From Spizellomyces punctatus DAOM BR117 (Eukaryota), in NCBI GenBank assembly GCA_000182565.2, contig KQ257457.1: a stretch of 64,000 bases of DNA, one strand, 5' to 3'. The notes beneath the pieces were generated by a model. That model was not told the origin of the DNA, searched no databases, and saw nothing but the letters and a program-made list of their open reading frames with translations. Position numbers and translations under genes: made by a program. Within the stretch, counting starts at the first letter, position 1. The number at the start of each line of letters is the position of its first letter. Of this stretch, positions 62,676 to 64,000 are shown piece by piece.

Positions 62676-64000
62676 TCAGGAGGTCCCAAACCCGCCATTC
62701 TCCAGCACGCAACGACATCCACAACCTGCAGGACACTCTGAGCTTTCATCAAACCACTCCTGCATGTGTGTCGCATGTCCGCCGTGTCGGCATACCAGAC
62801 AAAAGTTTGCCAAGCCTTTGCAAGGTAAGCGACAGATCGCGCACCTAATTCCGTATCTTTTGCGATCGCATCGCCAGCAATAGGAGTAGGCATGTTGAAG
62901 GCGGGGTTGTCGAGATGATGGGATTAAGCTGCTAGAGCATGTCGGACAAACTATGCCAAAGTCTAGGATAACGAGATTGATATCAGTTACAATCTACTCT
63001 TTGGTTCAAACCCGAGCCAAAAGCGGCAGACTTACCGATACCGGTGTGCTGCTGCTGCGTCCCACCAGGAGCGCCAGCATGCGCAACAAACTTTAGAACC
63101 TCGGCTCTTTGTTCCAAAAGCCCCCATTGATACAGCATTTCCGCATAACACAATCTGTAACGATCATATATTGCTCGCTGTTTTGGATCTAGCAAACCCA
63201 ATCTTTGCGGTGCGGGTAATAGAGCAGGATTCTTTGCATAAGAACGTGGCTGATCTATATCCTCGTTCTCAGTAAGTTTGAGCATTAAGATAGGCGAGCT
63301 TTGATGATGACCATTCGCGCCAGCCAACTGTACGCTTGAGCTAAAATGTGAGCCAGGAGCTATTGAGTCCGCAGTCGGAGCGACGCCAAACTGTCCAGTA
63401 GTTCCAGATACTGCCACGCTCGCCAAGGGTGCAGTCAACGTCCAGCCGACACCTCCAGATGGTATTGGTGATCCCGGCTTGCTCTCACGCGACGGCCACG
63501 GGGCACCCCACGCCTCAGTTGTTCTTTGACGGGTGATGCTGGGTGGCGTCACCGACGAAGCGCGCAGATGAGATGCAATACTACCCGAGACGTGGCCGTT
63601 GCCTGAGAAGGTGCCTCCCCTTGAGGGAATACGCGGGGGAGGACTTGTCGTTCCGCTTCTGACAGCTTGCGCATAGGTTGGATTTCGCGCGTTCATTTCT
63701 CTGTTCCCTGGGACTGGAGACGCTGACGACAAAGGAGCTTCAAACCGAGCACTATCCATATAAGTGCCCAATACGCTATCACTTGCATACGACGATCCCG
63801 CCTGGGGGAATGGACCGGAAGTTGCCGTAGATCCTGAGCAGGGAGTCGGGGCTGACGGAGCGGTGACCTGCTGGGCCAGAGAGTGTGCGTGGCTGTGGTG
63901 GTAATAAGGATGCTCATGGGATCGGCTGACTGTAGGGCCAGCTGTCGTCTCGACGCTGGGGTTTATTCGCGATGTGCCTGAATGGACATCACTAGCATAG
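62676..64000 (-). CDS. MTC5: 3' part of GATOR2/SEACAT subunit WDR59/Mtc5 (Sea3)
   Basis: YDRYRLCYAEMLYQWGLLEQRAEVLKF, then C-terminal RING CAICRLPCKGLANFCLVCRHGGH.THMQEWF...CPAGCGCRC; 5' end lies beyond the window. Confidence 0.85.

Overview
Intron-rich, gene-dense eukaryotic DNA with short GT-AG introns (about 50-70 nt). The gene set is fungal (Smf1, Apd1, Def1, Mcr1, Adp1, Drs2, Mtc5 types), and a REJ/GPS protein is present. Together these suggest an early-diverging fungus, probably a chytrid (inference only). 1-12 kb holds housekeeping genes, several in the ER glycosylation/quality-control pathway: PIG-M/GPI14, MPDU1, and a VIP36-like lectin head-to-head with calnexin. It also holds an LRR-DIL protein, PTPA and a Sec14 protein. 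12.8-18.7 kb encodes a ~1897-aa single-pass surface protein with polycystin-1-like REJ and GAIN/GPS modules behind N-glycan-rich and Ser/Pro tandem repeats. A tRNA-Pro(AGG) borders a ~9 kb accessory tract containing a decayed Ty1/copia element, a hairpin-rich constant-repeat/variable-spacer array (24.4-25.05 kb), a partly inverted duplication and gene relics. The right part carries NRAMP, a homeobox gene, an orphan multi-pass membrane gene, a Cid1/TUT-type nucleotidyltransferase, Apd1, Def1, Mcr1, Adp1, CARNMT1, Drs2 and the 3' end of WDR59/Mtc5. All calls come from motif recognition by eye; no database searches were run.
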